A DNA stretch of 64,000 nt, taken from an uncultured Lachnospiraceae bacterium (lineage in GTDB: Bacteria > Bacillota > Clostridia > Lachnospirales > Lachnospiraceae). The position numbers and the translations under genes are program-made. The notes beneath the pieces were generated by a model. It was given only the letters and a program-made list of their open reading frames with translations, searched no databases and had not been told where the DNA came from. Positions 1 to 8,485 of this stretch are shown piece after piece (within the stretch, counting starts at the first letter, position 1; every line of letters starts with the position of its first letter). The DNA is taken from positions 22,364 to 86,363 of the forward strand of contig CABUBX010000001.1 in assembly GCA_902489925.1 (NCBI GenBank), read 5' to 3'.

Positions 1-2
1 TA

Positions 3-626
3 ACAATTATTGATTTTGGTTGCGGAAAATCTTATTTGACTTTTGCCATGTATTATTATCTGAAGGTTTTAAAAGGGTATGATATTCATATTATCGGTCT
101 TGATTTAAAAGAAGATGTGATTAGCCACTGTACCCGTCTGAAAGAAAAGTATGGATTTGATAAGCTGGAATTTTTATGCGGTGATATCGCACATTTTGAA
201 GGTGTCAGTCAGGTTGATATGGTTGTGACGCTTCATGCCTGTGATACGGCGACAGATTTTGCACTCTATAAAGCGATTTTATGGAAAGCGAGGGTGATTT
301 TATCGGTACCGTGCTGTCAGCATGAGCTGAATGGACATATTCAATCAGATGCCCTTGAAGGTATGTTTAAATACGGACTGATTAAAGAGCGTTTTGCAGC
401 GCTTGCAACAGACAGTATGCGGGCGATGCTTCTTGAAGCTGTCGGCTACAAAACACAGATTTTAGAGTTTATTGATATGGAACATACACCTAAAAATATT
501 TTAATCAGAGCAATTCTTAAAGATGGTATAAAACCATGTCATTTAAGTGAAGAATATAAAAAGTGTAAAGCATTGATTCATGCAGAGCCGACATTAGAGA
601 AGCTTTTGTGTGAAAATAATAAATAA
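3..626 (+). CDS. class I SAM-dependent methyltransferase (5' end cut by window edge)
   Basis: The frame is open from base 3. The first residues TIIDFGCGKSYL match SAM-binding motif I. The TTG at 36 in the ORF track is internal to the gene. Confidence 0.75.
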   Translation, partial: TIIDFGCGKSYLTFAMYYYLKVLKGYDIHIIGLDLKEDVISHCTRLKEKYGFDKLEFLCGDIAHFEGVSQVDMVVTLHACDTATDFALYKAILWKARVILSVPCCQHELNGHIQSDALEGMFKYGLIKERFAALATDSMRAMLLEAVGYKTQILEFIDMEHTPKNILIRAILKDGIKPCHLSEEYKKCKALIHAEPTLEKLLCENNK

Positions 627-638
627 GGAGTGAATTTC

Positions 639-1754
639 ATGGACGAAAGAATTAAAGTATTGGCTTATAATTTAATTAATAAGTCTGTTAAGGCCAAAAA
701 GGGGGATAAGGTATATATTCATTATACAGGCCCTTCAACACAGGATTTGGGACGCCAGCTTGTAAAAGAAGCTTATAAGGTTGGTGCCGTACCGTTTCCG
801 GTATACACAGACGCGAGAATGCAGCGCGAAATGCTTTTAAACTGTACAGAAGACCAGCTTAAAATTATGGCAGAAAATGATGCCGCATTGATGAGTCAGA
901 TGGATTGTTATATTGCGGTCAGAGGTACAGACAATGTGTCAGAGCAGTCCGATGTTCCGGCAGAAAATCTTGCGTTGTATGAAAAAATTTATATGACACC
1001 GGTACATCACGAGATTCGTGTGCCAAAGACACGCTGGTGTGTATTAAGATACCCGAATAATGCGATGGCTCAGCTCAATAACCAGAGCCTTGAAGCTTTT
1101 GAGGATTTCTATTTTGATGTATGTAATCTTGACTATACAAAGATGGGTGAGGCTATGAAGCCGCTTGTTGAGCTGATGAACCGCACAGATAAGGTGCGTC
1201 TTGTCGGACCGGGAACAGATTTGACTTTCTCAATCAAGGATATTCCGGCAATTCCTTGTGCAGGTGACTGCAATATCCCTGACGGTGAGGTTTACACGGC
1301 GCCTGTCAGAGATTCTATTAACGGAACACTTGCTTATAATACACCGGCTGTTTTCCAGGGCTTTACTTTTGAGAATATCTGCTTTGAATTTAAGGATGGA
1401 AAGATTGTAAAGGCAACGGCAAATAATACAGAGCGTCTTAATCAGGTGATGGATACGGATGAGGGTGCAAGATATGTCGGTGAATTTGCGATTGGTGTTA
1501 ATCCATATGTGTTAAATCCGATGAAGGATACATTATTTGATGAAAAAATTGCAGGTTCCTTCCACTTTACACCGGGAAATTGTTATGATGAAGCGCCAAA
1601 CGGCAACGTATCTGCGATTCACTGGGATTTAGTTTGTATCCAGAGACCGGAATACGGCGGCGGAGAAATTTACTTTGACGATGTATTAATCAGAAAAGAC
1701 GGTCTTTTTGTACTTGATGAATTGAAGGGCTTAAACCCTGAAAATTTAAAATAA
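639..1754 (+). CDS. aminopeptidase, M29 (AmpS/PepS) family
   Basis: Long ORF with AAGGAG 8 nt upstream of ATG 639 (the track start at 630 is a GTG). Length and sequence are typical of thermophilic-metalloprotease M29 aminopeptidases. Confidence 0.75.
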   Translation: MDERIKVLAYNLINKSVKAKKGDKVYIHYTGPSTQDLGRQLVKEAYKVGAVPFPVYTDARMQREMLLNCTEDQLKIMAENDAALMSQMDCYIAVRGTDNVSEQSDVPAENLALYEKIYMTPVHHEIRVPKTRWCVLRYPNNAMAQLNNQSLEAFEDFYFDVCNLDYTKMGEAMKPLVELMNRTDKVRLVGPGTDLTFSIKDIPAIPCAGDCNIPDGEVYTAPVRDSINGTLAYNTPAVFQGFTFENICFEFKDGKIVKATANNTERLNQVMDTDEGARYVGEFAIGVNPYVLNPMKDTLFDEKIAGSFHFTPGNCYDEAPNGNVSAIHWDLVCIQRPEYGGGEIYFDDVLIRKDGLFVLDELKGLNPENLK

Positions 1755-1767
1755 TATGGGATGACAT

Positions 1768-1797
1768 GGGCGCGGACGATTGAATCCGCGCCTTTTG
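1768..1797 (+). terminator. rho-independent terminator after the aminopeptidase gene
   Basis: GGGCGCGGA-N8-TCCGCGCC stem followed by TTTT. Confidence 0.7.
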
Positions 1798-1817
1798 CGT
1801 GCTTTTTAAAAGCTTGC

Positions 1818-2513
1818 TTAAAGCTGTCTGAGTGCATCGACAAGTTCTGTCTTTCCGGCAGCTTTTGCGTCCTTTTGTTTAATGATACGTGCCGGACAGC
1901 CTGCGGCGACGGCATTGTCAGGCACGTCATTAATGACAACAGCACCTGCGGCAATGACAGCGCCTTTTCCGATGTGGACGCCTTCGATGACAACGGCATT
2001 GGCGCCGATAAGAACATCGTCTTCGACAATCACCGGTGTGGCGCTTGCAGGTTCAATGACACCGGCAAGGACGGCACCTGCGCCGATATGACAATGCTTT
2101 CCGACAGTGGCACGGCCGCCGAGCACAGCACCCATATCAATCATGGTGTCTTCTCCAATCACAGCGCCGATATTAATAATTGCGCCCATCATAATGACGG
2201 CTCTGTCACCGATATCCACTTGGTCACGGATGATTGCCCCGGGTTCAATGCGGGCATTGAGATGTTTCGTATCTAAAAGAGGCACCGCGGAATTTCGGCA
2301 GTCATTTTCTATTGCGTAGTCTTTAATCATATCTTTGTTGGCGGCAAGGACAGGTTCAATATCCTTCCAGTCACCGAAAATAATTTTACTTCCGCCTGAA
2401 CCGAAGACAGTTGTATTGGGAAAGTCAATCGGTGCAAGCTCATTCACATAAACCTTGACCGGTGTTTTCTTTTCTGCGTTTTGTATAAATGAAATAATTT
2501 CCTGAGCGTTCAT
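1818..2513 (-). CDS. dapH: 2,3,4,5-tetrahydropyridine-2,6-dicarboxylate N-acetyltransferase (DapH)
   Basis: The N-terminus [23 protein letters not shown] is YkuQ/DapH-like. The C-terminal half consists of left-handed beta-helix hexapeptide repeats. Lies in an operon with dapB and dapA. Confidence 0.85.
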   Translation of the reverse strand: MNAQEIISFIQNAEKKTPVKVYVNELAPIDFPNTTVFGSGGSKIIFGDWKDIEPVLAANKDMIKDYAIENDCRNSAVPLLDTKHLNARIEPGAIIRDQVDIGDRAVIMMGAIINIGAVIGEDTMIDMGAVLGGRATVGKHCHIGAGAVLAGVIEPASATPVIVEDDVLIGANAVVIEGVHIGKGAVIAAGAVVINDVPDNAVAAGCPARIIKQKDAKAAGKTELVDALRQL

Positions 2514-2524
2514 AAAAATTCTCC

Positions 2525-3241
2525 TTATTGAAATAAAATATCTTTCATTGTGTACATGCCTGCAGGCTTTTTGACGGCAAAACGCGCAGCAGTCAAGGCG
2601 CCGTTGGCAAAAATCTGACGACTTTCGGCATTGTGGCGGATTTCAATACTTTCGCTGTCTCCAAGATAGAGGACGGTGTGTTCTCCTGCGGCAGTGCCGC
2701 CGCGGACAGCATGGATGCCGATTTCCTTACCGCGTTTTCCGACAAAGCCGCGTCGGCCGTAAACTTCATCATAAGTTTTGTGTTTATTGATTGTATCGAC
2801 AAGCATCTTTGCAGTGCCGCTTGGCGCATCCTGTTTTTGGTTGTGATGCTTTTCAATTACTTCGATATCAAAGCTGTCTTCAAGTATCGGTGTAATAAGC
2901 TCAATCACTTCTTTCATAACGGCAATGCCGAGAGAAAAATTAGACTGAAAAACGACAGGGACAAGCCTGCTAAGGTCATGGATTTTTTCTATCTGTTCAT
3001 CGCTGCAGCCTGTTGTACCGCAGACATAGGCACATTTTTTAGTTTTTATATAGTTGATAATCCAGTCGAGATTATCGGGATGCGAAAAATCAATGACAAC
3101 ATCCGGGCTGCCGTCAAAAGCATTAAGGTCAGGGAAGGTAAACTTATCTGCCATAAGGATAACTTTCATATCCTCCCGGTGGGCGGCTGTATCTGCAATC
3201 AGCTGTCCCATCCGTCCGTTGCCTACAATGATTATATTCAT
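2525..3241 (-). CDS. dapB: 4-hydroxy-tetrahydrodipicolinate reductase
   Basis: N-terminal Rossmann motif [10 protein letters not shown] and a 238-aa short-form DapB. Overlaps the dapA stop by 4 nt. Confidence 0.85.
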   Translation of the reverse strand: MNIIIVGNGRMGQLIADTAAHREDMKVILMADKFTFPDLNAFDGSPDVVIDFSHPDNLDWIINYIKTKKCAYVCGTTGCSDEQIEKIHDLSRLVPVVFQSNFSLGIAVMKEVIELITPILEDSFDIEVIEKHHNQKQDAPSGTAKMLVDTINKHKTYDEVYGRRGFVGKRGKEIGIHAVRGGTAAGEHTVLYLGDSESIEIRHNAESRQIFANGALTAARFAVKKPAGMYTMKDILFQ

Positions 3242-4116
3242 AGTCCGACCTCCTTCATGGCATCAGCCAGTGTCTGATGATTGTGCGCGTCCATAGGGAA
3301 AAGCGGCGCTCTGTAGCCACCGACATTCATTCCCATAAGGTTCAGTGCTTCTTTTACAGGAATTGGATTTACTTCGATGAATAAAGCGTGAATCAGATTC
3401 AGATAACGAAGCTGCGCTTCAAGTGCTTTTTGCGGACTTCCGTTTAAATAATCCATAACGAGCTGATGGACTTCGTTTGGCATAATATTGGCCCATACGG
3501 AGATAACGCCGATGGCGCCGAGGGACATTAACGGAATAATCATGTCATCGTTGCCGCTGTACATCACAAAGTCATCACTTAAATAGCGGGCAATTGCGGT
3601 AGCATAGCCGATATTTCCGCTGGCCTCCTTGATGCCGCATATGTTAGGATGTTTAGATAATATACGGATAGCTTCTTCGCTTATTGAACAGCCTGTTCTT
3701 CCGGGAACATTGTAAAGAATCACGGGTACGGATACAGAATCTGCAACGGCGGTAAAATGATGAATCATGCCCTGCGTGTTTGTTTTGTTATAGTAAGGAG
3801 AAATGACAAGAAGGGCGTCTGCACCCATCTCGGAATACTTGATACTTTTTTGGATAGCGGTTTCTGTACAATTTGAGCCGCTTCCGACAATGACAGGTAT
3901 TCTTCCTGCAATTTTTTTCAGGGTATATTCGACAACAGAATCATCTTCTTCATGGGTCATTGTACTTGATTCTCCTGTTGTACCGAGAACGAGAATGGCG
4001 TCGGTCTGATTGGAAACGTGAAATTCTAAAAGCTCTCCCAGCTTTTCAAAATTAACACTTCCGTCTGAATGAAATGGCGTAATTAACGCAACAATGCTTC
4101 CTTTTACATTAAACAT
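3238..4116 (-). CDS. dapA: 4-hydroxy-tetrahydrodipicolinate synthase
   Basis: 292 aa with the GTTGES motif and DapA-like length. GAAGGGAG RBS upstream of ATG 4116. First gene downstream of the lysine riboswitch. Confidence 0.9.
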   Translation of the reverse strand: MFNVKGSIVALITPFHSDGSVNFEKLGELLEFHVSNQTDAILVLGTTGESSTMTHEEDDSVVEYTLKKIAGRIPVIVGSGSNCTETAIQKSIKYSEMGADALLVISPYYNKTNTQGMIHHFTAVADSVSVPVILYNVPGRTGCSISEEAIRILSKHPNICGIKEASGNIGYATAIARYLSDDFVMYSGNDDMIIPLMSLGAIGVISVWANIMPNEVHQLVMDYLNGSPQKALEAQLRYLNLIHALFIEVNPIPVKEALNLMGMNVGGYRAPLFPMDAHNHQTLADAMKEVGL

Positions 4117-4370
4117 AATGATAACTCCCTTCGATGTCAGGCATAAAAATAAAAGATGCCTTTATATAATTAGTATTCGTTAAAACCAAGTTTATGTAAT
4201 GGTGCACCGTTGTTACTTTCCTTGGAGGGGCTTCGCCCCGTGAACTTGTGTCCACGGAACGAAACGAGTAATAGAATAAAGTGGATTGGATTATTTGCAA
4301 CTTCTGATATGACTGCAGACAGTCATACAGGGGGTGATGTGTATCTTTACGAAATGTTTTCGATTGAGAA

Positions 4371-4405
4371 ATAAAAAAGGTCAGTAAGACGCTTCTTACT
4401 GACCC
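4371..4405 (-). terminator. intrinsic terminator (expression platform of the lysine riboswitch)
   Basis: The minus-strand RNA reads GGGUCAGUAAGAAGCGUCUUACUGACC followed by UUUUUU. The upstream segment CUUAUUGUC can pair with the 5' arm as an antiterminator. Confidence 0.8.
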
Positions 4406-4426
4406 AAATTACACAAAAGACAATAA

Positions 4427-4591
4427 GATAGCACAACTGCAAAATATTGCAGACAGTTTTATGGATATTCTCCATAACCCCACCGCTTCTTTATGCCTAA
4501 AGAAGCAGTTCGGCGGAATTGCTGCGGCTGTATGTCAAATGTCTGCCGACTTCAAACAGCTTAGTCTTTTCCGCGCCTCTATCAGAAGTTG
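4427..4591 (-). promoter_or_regulatory. lysine riboswitch (L-box) aptamer
   Basis: The minus-strand RNA reads CAACUUCUGAUAGAGGCGCGGAAAAG...CCGCCGAAC...GGUGGGGUUAUGGAGAAUAUCCAUAAAACUGUC. It carries the L-box core AGAGGCGC, GCCGAA, and a P5 hairpin followed by ACUGUC. It lies upstream of the dap operon. Confidence 0.8.
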
Positions 4592-4596
4592 TTAGT

Positions 4597-4625
4597 ATGA
4601 TACCATTTTAAAAAGAAAATTACAA
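4597..4625 (-). promoter_or_regulatory. sigma-A type promoter driving the L-box/dapA operon
   Basis: On the minus strand: TTGTAA, 17 nt, then TGgTATCAT (extended -10). Ends about 6 nt before the riboswitch P1. Confidence 0.6.
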
Positions 4626-4676
4626 TAGTCAATTTTGCAGAAAAAAATATAAAAATTATAAATTTTCGCAAAGATA

Positions 4677-4705
4677 TTTACAAAATTGATAGATGTGTGT
4701 AAAAT
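4677..4705 (+). promoter_or_regulatory. candidate promoter of the divergent M20 deacetylase gene
   Basis: TTTACA, 17 nt, TAAAAT, about 30 nt upstream of ATG 4735. Confidence 0.5.
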
Positions 4706-4734
4706 AATTCAAAAAATTAAGGAGACGTGGCAAG

Positions 4735-5838
4735 ATGAATGAAACTTTAAAATTTCGCAGAGATTTACATAAAATTCCGGAGTTGGGGATGAATTTGCCA
4801 AAAACAAGCAGCTATATTAAAGCAGTGCTTGAACCATTGCCGTGTACGGTATTTTCACCGATTCCCTACAGTGTGTGCGCGTATTTTGATGCGGGGAGAG
4901 ATGAAACAACGGCATTTAGAAGTGATATGGATGCCTTGCCGGTGTCCGAAGAAACAGGGCGGGATTTTACATCGGTGCATGAAGGATGTATGCATGCCTG
5001 CGGACATGACGGACATATGGCAATGCTGCTGGGATTTGCGCTGCGTCTTTCAAAATTTTATAAGACGCTCTCAAATAATGTTCTGCTTATTTTTCAGCCG
5101 GCAGAGGAGACTTGCGGCGGTGCAAAGCCGATTTGCGATACAGGTCTTTTTGAAACATATCATGTAAAGCGGGTATTTGGCTGCCATTTGTGGCCGATGC
5201 TTCCGGCAGGGACGGTGGCAACACGGAAAAATGAGATGATGGCACGCTCGTCAGAAATTAATATTGAGATTGAAGGAAAAAGCGCACATGCTGCAAAGTA
5301 CAGGGAAGGCGCGGATGCACTCGAGAGTGCTGCGGCTCTGCTTTGTGAAATTTATCGGATGGAAAAGACGGAAATCGGGGACGATATTTACAGACTGCTT
5401 CGTTTTGGAAAAATGACGGCCGGAACAATAAGAAATGTTGTTGCCTCTTGTGCAAGACTTGAGGGAACACTGCGGGCATTTCAGGATGAGGTTTATGATT
5501 TTATGTGCCGGCGGATTGAGGCGTTATGCCGGGAGTGTGAGGAAAAATTCAGTGTAAAGATAAGCATCGACATAAGCTGCGGCTATCCGGCCGTCATGAA
5601 TGACAGCGAACTTTTAGAAAAGGTGATGGCTGTTCTTGGGCAGGGAAAATTGCATATTCTGCCTGAGCCGGAGATGATTACAGAAGACTTTTCATATTAC
5701 CAAAGAAAGGTTCCGGGTGTATTTTTTTTCCTTGGCACAGGTACGAAAATCCCGCTGCATGCGAAAAATTTTGATTTTGATGAAGCAATCCTTGAAAATG
5801 GCATAAGTCTTTACGAAAGTCTCAGTAAAATGTCTTAA
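4735..5838 (+). CDS. M20 family amidohydrolase, probably N-acetyldiaminopimelate deacetylase
   Basis: FRRDLHKIPELG and HACGHDGH motifs of M20D amidohydrolases, with an AAGGAG RBS. The functional guess rests on its divergent position relative to the acetylase-branch gene dapH. Confidence 0.65.
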   Translation: MNETLKFRRDLHKIPELGMNLPKTSSYIKAVLEPLPCTVFSPIPYSVCAYFDAGRDETTAFRSDMDALPVSEETGRDFTSVHEGCMHACGHDGHMAMLLGFALRLSKFYKTLSNNVLLIFQPAEETCGGAKPICDTGLFETYHVKRVFGCHLWPMLPAGTVATRKNEMMARSSEINIEIEGKSAHAAKYREGADALESAAALLCEIYRMEKTEIGDDIYRLLRFGKMTAGTIRNVVASCARLEGTLRAFQDEVYDFMCRRIEALCRECEEKFSVKISIDISCGYPAVMNDSELLEKVMAVLGQGKLHILPEPEMITEDFSYYQRKVPGVFFFLGTGTKIPLHAKNFDFDEAILENGISLYESLSKMS

Positions 5839-5907
5839 ATTGTTTGATTAACAGATAAATATGTGATATGATTAAAGTTAAACAAAACTGAAATGGAGGA
5901 GAATGTC

Positions 5908-7299
5908 ATGAAATTGACAACTGTAAGAGAATTATATAAGAACAGTGAGCTTTATATCGACAAAGAAGTTGAAATCGGTGGCTGGATTCGTAATGTCAGA
6001 GACTCTAAAACTTTCGGGTTTTTAGTAATTAATGACGGTACTTATTTCCAGACACTTCAGGTTGTTTATCATAATGAATTAAGTAACTTTGATGAAATCA
6101 GCAAATTAAATGTGGGTGCGGCAGTGATTGTCAAAGGTACTTTAGTTGCGACACCGAATGCAAAGCAGCCGTTTGAAATTCAGGCGACAGAGGTTGTTGT
6201 TGAAGGGGCATCAACACCGGATTATCCGCTTCAGCCAAAGCGTCATACATTTGAATATTTAAGAACAATTTCCCATTTAAGACCGAGAACAAATACTTTC
6301 CAGGCTGTATTTCGTGTGCGTTCCCTGATTGCTTATGCGATTCATAAATTTTTCCAGGAGAGAGATTTTGTGTATGTGCACACACCATTGATTACAGGCA
6401 GTGACTGTGAAGGTGCGGGCGAGATGTTCAGAGTGACAACACTTGACATGGACAATGTACCTAAGAATGAGGACGGCACAGTCAATTATAAAGAAGATTT
6501 CTTCGGCAAGGAGACAAATCTGACAGTCAGCGGTCAGTTAAACGGTGAGACGTACGCGATGGCTTTCAGAAATATTTATACTTTCGGTCCGACCTTCCGT
6601 GCTGAAAATTCTAATACAACACGTCATGCAGCTGAATTTTGGATGATTGAGCCTGAGATTGCTTTTGCAGATTTACAGGATAACATGGATTTAGCTGAAA
6701 GTATGATGAAGTATATTATCAACTATGTGATGGAAAATGCACCGGAGGAGATGAAGTTTTTCAACCAGTTTGTGGATAAGGGACTGATTGACCGTCTGAA
6801 ACATGTGGCAGAATCTGATTTCGGTCATGTCACATATACAGAGGCGATTGAAATTCTCAAGAAAAACAACGATAAGTTTGATTATAAGGTTGAGTGGGGC
6901 ACAGATTTACAGACAGAGCATGAGCGTTACTTAACAGAGCAGGTATTTAAAAAACCTGTATTTGTCACAGATTATCCTAAGGAAATCAAGGCCTTTTATA
7001 TGAAGCTCAACGATGACAACAAGACAGTTGCAGCGATGGATTTGCTTGTGCCGGGTATCGGCGAGATTATCGGCGGAAGTCAGAGAGAGGATGATTATGA
7101 GAAGCTCGTTGCAAGGCTGGATGAGCTTGGCCTCAAGAAGGAAGATTATGATTTTTACCTTGATTTGAGAAAATACGGCTCAACACGCCATGCAGGCTAC
7201 GGCCTTGGATTTGAGCGCTGCGTCATGTATTTGACAGGTATGTCAAATATCCGCGACGTTATTCCGTTCCCAAGAACTGTGAATAACTGCGAATTATAA
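5908..7299 (+). CDS. asnS: asparagine--tRNA ligase
   Basis: Class II aaRS with an N-terminal OB fold and the [21 protein letters not shown] motif. GGAGGAG RBS precedes ATG 5908 (the track start 5893 is upstream and in frame). Confidence 0.9.
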   Translation: MKLTTVRELYKNSELYIDKEVEIGGWIRNVRDSKTFGFLVINDGTYFQTLQVVYHNELSNFDEISKLNVGAAVIVKGTLVATPNAKQPFEIQATEVVVEGASTPDYPLQPKRHTFEYLRTISHLRPRTNTFQAVFRVRSLIAYAIHKFFQERDFVYVHTPLITGSDCEGAGEMFRVTTLDMDNVPKNEDGTVNYKEDFFGKETNLTVSGQLNGETYAMAFRNIYTFGPTFRAENSNTTRHAAEFWMIEPEIAFADLQDNMDLAESMMKYIINYVMENAPEEMKFFNQFVDKGLIDRLKHVAESDFGHVTYTEAIEILKKNNDKFDYKVEWGTDLQTEHERYLTEQVFKKPVFVTDYPKEIKAFYMKLNDDNKTVAAMDLLVPGIGEIIGGSQREDDYEKLVARLDELGLKKEDYDFYLDLRKYGSTRHAGYGLGFERCVMYLTGMSNIRDVIPFPRTVNNCEL

Positions 7300-7336
7300 T
7301 TTTACGCGAATAGACAATAAAACAGAACGTTTGTTC

Positions 7337-7365
7337 TTGAAAAATCTGTACATATCATTTATAAT
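7337..7365 (+). promoter_or_regulatory. near-consensus promoter for the yhaO-like operon
   Basis: TTGAAA, 17 nt, TATAAT, lying inside the loop of the asnS terminator hairpin. Confidence 0.55.
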
Positions 7366-7384
7366 GAGTGTACAGATTTTTTTG
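7341..7384 (+). terminator. asnS terminator
   Basis: AAAATCTGTACA-N16-TGTACAGATTTT stem followed by a T-run. Confidence 0.7.
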
Positions 7385-7418
7385 TGCGAAATATACTTTT
7401 GTAAAAGGAGGCGGCTGT

Positions 7419-8471
7419 GTGCGATTTATTCATATAGCAGATGTTCATCTTGGCGCCGGACCGGATAAGGGGATGCCGTGGGAGGATGAACGTGCTCAGG
7501 AGATATGGGACAGCTTTGAGCGTGTGCTTGATGAAGCTGTGAAAAGAAAAGCGGACTTTCTTTTCATTTCAGGTGATTTATTTCACAGGCAGCCATTGAA
7601 GCGCGAACTTAAAGAAGTTAATTACAGATTTGAAAGGCTTTATCCGATGAGAGTTGTGATGATTGCGGGAAATCACGATTACATTGGATTAAACTCTTAT
7701 TACAAAAGCTTTGAATGGGCGGATAATGTCTGTTTTTTTAGGCAGCAGAAGCTTTCTTATGCCTATTTTGAGGATAAGCAGACGTATGTCTATGGACTAA
7801 GCTATGAAAATTATGAGATATCCGAAGCACTTTATGACGATATCCGGCCTTTGGATAAGCCGGGCTGCCACATACTCCTTGCTCACGGCGGAGATGAAAA
7901 GCATATACCAATCAATAATCAGAAGCTTTTTAGTGCAGGTTTTGATTATGTGGCGCTTGGGCATATTCATAAGCCGGAGATATTAAGGGCAGATACGGCA
8001 GCCTACGCCGGCGCGCTCGAACCGATTGACAGAAATGATACGGGAAATCATGGGTTTATTGAAGGTGTTTTTGAAGACGATAAGATGAGAATTGCCTTTG
8101 TGCCTTTTGCAAAGCGGGCATATATTCATCTTCCTGTGCGTATGGATGGCCGTATGCCATGGTCGATGGTTGTGGATATAGTGAGGGATGAGCTTATCAG
8201 GCGAGGCGAGGAAAATTTATATAAGATTATTTTAAGCGGTTTAAGAGACCCTGAAATTGAGATGGATTACAGACTTTTATGGCGTCTTGGACGGGTTGTG
8301 GAGATTGAAGACCATACGGCGCCGGATTATGATTTTGATGCTTTGTATGCGCAGAATAAGGATAATATTATCGGAAAATACATTGAAAAGATACAAAGGC
8401 TTTCAGAGCCGGAGGAGGTCAAAGAAAAGGCTTTGTATTACGGGATACAGGCATTGCTTAAATTAAAATAA
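7419..8471 (+). CDS. metallophosphoesterase, SbcD/YhaO-like DNA repair exonuclease
   Basis: VRFIHIADVHLG, GDLFH and GNHD calcineurin-like phosphoesterase motifs. AAAGGAGG RBS precedes GTG 7419 (the track start 7368 lies upstream of the RBS). Confidence 0.8.
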   Translation: MRFIHIADVHLGAGPDKGMPWEDERAQEIWDSFERVLDEAVKRKADFLFISGDLFHRQPLKRELKEVNYRFERLYPMRVVMIAGNHDYIGLNSYYKSFEWADNVCFFRQQKLSYAYFEDKQTYVYGLSYENYEISEALYDDIRPLDKPGCHILLAHGGDEKHIPINNQKLFSAGFDYVALGHIHKPEILRADTAAYAGALEPIDRNDTGNHGFIEGVFEDDKMRIAFVPFAKRAYIHLPVRMDGRMPWSMVVDIVRDELIRRGEENLYKIILSGLRDPEIEMDYRLLWRLGRVVEIEDHTAPDYDFDALYAQNKDNIIGKYIEKIQRLSEPEEVKEKALYYGIQALLKLK

Positions 8472-8485
8472 CGGAGAGAGTAAGG

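Noticed and set aside
1761-2319. Plus-strand ORFs of 69-171 aa (1761-2276, 1882-2091, 2107-2319), and the minus-strand ORF 1670-2029, overlapping dapH
   Set aside because: These are alternative-frame and antisense shadows of the repetitive hexapeptide-repeat coding region. They have no RBS, and their translations are low-complexity (A/T/P/S-rich). dapH in the minus frame has clear family motifs.
4109-4300. 63-aa minus-strand ORF in the dapA leader
   Set aside because: It overlaps the dapA start out of frame, lacks an RBS, and lies in a region better explained as structured RNA.
4117-4370. T-box, or a second complete lysine riboswitch, in the distal dapA leader
   Set aside because: There is no AGAGA/AGUA Stem-I elements and no GGGUGGUACCGCG-type T-box sequence (only GGUGCACC). 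There is no AGAGGCGC L-box core. Only the 10-nt junction repeat and the P1 complement resemble the L-box.
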